DNA of 64,000 nt from Tubulanus polymorphus (taxonomy: Eukaryota; Animalia; Nemertea). Positions within the stretch are counted from its first letter, which is position 1; the number at the start of each line of letters is the position of its first letter. The notes beneath the pieces were generated by a model. It did not search any database. It saw only the letters and a program-made list of their open reading frames with translations, and was not told the DNA's origin. The DNA lies in assembly GCF_964204645.1 (NCBI RefSeq), contig NC_134030.1:12917947-12981946 (forward strand). Direction: 5' to 3'. The position numbers and the translations under genes were made by a program. Below are positions 62,176-64,000 of this stretch, piece by piece.

Positions 62176-64000
62176 TTCTTTAGCATCTTCCGATGCAAAT
62201 TGCATTGAATTTTCACATGTGTTGTTTTGGACAATCAAAGATGCTGCATAAAAAAGTGCTCAAATAAATCAAATTTTTTACACTTTTTGGTTAATTTCTC
62301 AAAAATATGAAACCCACAGCTTTCAACTTTGTGCACCATACAGAAAAACAAATTATGAAATATACTTTTGTTTAACCCTTTCAATTCGCCCATTAGTAAT
62401 GAAATTACAGGCTACAGAAATCGCGTTTGAGTGGGCTAAAATAACTTTGAGCGTAGTGTATTAAGCATACAAATGATAATCGACCGGCCAGAGCGTTGAC
62501 ATAGGCTCGCTAACGTGAGCCAAAAATCAATGGGCGCGAAGGTCACGATTTAAACACTGCTGCACCTAGCTGCTGAATTAACGAAACCAGCAACCTAAAT
62601 TTTTCAGGTCTCAATGCCCGTAGAAAAAATCTTATTCAAAATATTTTTCAAATATTAGGTTACCAAATGAAAATGCTTGCTGAGCTTTATTGACAAATCT
62701 AATCTATTATATAAATGGAAGAACATCAAACTATTTTATACACGTAGGGCGACAAATCTCCGGCAGGAAAATAGTTCAAGCAAACTACCGACGATCGCTT
62801 TCTAGCCAAAGGCTTTAAAAGTTATTAAAGTTAAACTAGTTGATTATGACCCCAAATGCTGGGAAAACGCATCTGAGCACTTACAAATAGAAAATACCCT
62901 GACCTCCATTCCTGATAAGTGCTCCTTCGGAGCTCGTTTTCTGAGTACATACCGCCCCTGGGACTTTCTTTACAATGGAGATCACTGTAGGGGGGGGGGG
63001 GGGGGGACAATTCAATATATATTCTATACATACCATGCCTGAACAAGCCCCAGAAATGAGAAAATCTGATAGTGATAACTTTTGACCTTGTTGGACTTTC
63101 TGTGAGAGGAATAATCCTTTCAAGAGTTCATAACCACTCCAGTATATGGCTGAAATAAATAAAAAAAGAAGCGGACTATTATTGAGCTACTATTATGTGC
63201 TCACCATATAATATTTTGTGGGTTTTACTTATAAGCAAAACAGTTTTTTGGGCATCAGTTTTTCAATGCGTATATTGAATAGAAATTTCACAACTTTCAT
63301 TTTCTTTAGGAAAACCAATCACTCAAATCCATAGATTAGCAAGGTGTTAATGGGTCATTGATCAACCGCAGGAATAATTGTTGTTCCATCAATTTTGATC
63401 ATACATGTATACAAAAAAGAAATGCAATTACCGTATTTTCCGGCTAATAAGCTGATTTTCTAGCGTCAGATTTTTACCCCAAAATATCATGATCTGCTTA
63501 TATGACGGATATAATTAATATATACGCTCGTCAGCAGTCAGCCGCATGTTTGCGAATGTAGGTTACAATATATGGTTCTGTATGTTAGAAATCACCTGAG
63601 CGAGTCTATATATAGCAGTGACTCGGCGCGATGATAGTATACACTGTCACGCATATCGTGAGCTTATTACCGGCCAAACGTGTCATTGTAAATAGTCATA
63701 TACTCATATCACTTCATGTGCATTTCACATTATTAGACATTTCATTGGTTCTTCATTTCCCGCCATACTTCATACTTCATCGGTTTTCTGTATAATGTGT
63801 CAGTTTTGTGTATAGAATAACATCTCAGTCTAAACCAAGTTTTCGGAGTTGTCAGTTCTTTTATTCAGAAGAAGGATTTCAGTCCCCTGGTCACTCTCCG
63901 TGTGACAACAAAGTTGCCAGATCTACTTTTACAGCGTTATTAACCCCCCCTATTTATCAGATCTTTCGTTAATTGAATGACTGTAAAAATGGTTTGCTTT

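Overview
This is a eukaryotic, probably invertebrate, repeat-dense window with no recognisable host gene; it consists of nested mobile elements. (1) 225-6815: a decayed LINE (ORF1 plus APE endonuclease) split by a 4.37-kb Kolobok DNA transposon (917-5285; TTAA TSD; internally deleted THAP-transposase; intact spliced KolX/P2X7-ballast-like gene). (2) 7945-~23010: a very AT-rich endogenous Polinton/Maverick-like virus (adintovirus-type). It encodes protein-primed PolB, a putative penton and double-jelly-roll capsid, a cluster of membrane proteins, a packaging ATPase and an rve-chromodomain integrase, and no protease is visible. Most of its genes carry a few disablements. (3) A FLYWCH-MULE transposon at ~23.5-26 kb. 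(4) A small non-autonomous relative of the virus at 26992-~30330 and a third PolB fragment at ~32 kb. (5) Helentron/HINE-like elements with ~140-bp tandem arrays, MITEs, a solo LTR, a second Kolobok remnant and a decayed BEL/Pao retrotransposon. The most unusual signal is in the virus-like family. Both copies that retain a left end start with a fold-back palindrome (385 bp and 122 bp) rather than a simple TIR, and its mismatches are conserved and one-directional (G-T wobble on the minus strand). The ORFs are preceded by two motif classes ending in TAAATG, one of which resembles poxvirus late promoters. By inference this could be a hairpin-ended, integrating satellite of a cytoplasmic large DNA virus. 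All coordinates and alignments were read by eye; no database searches were run.
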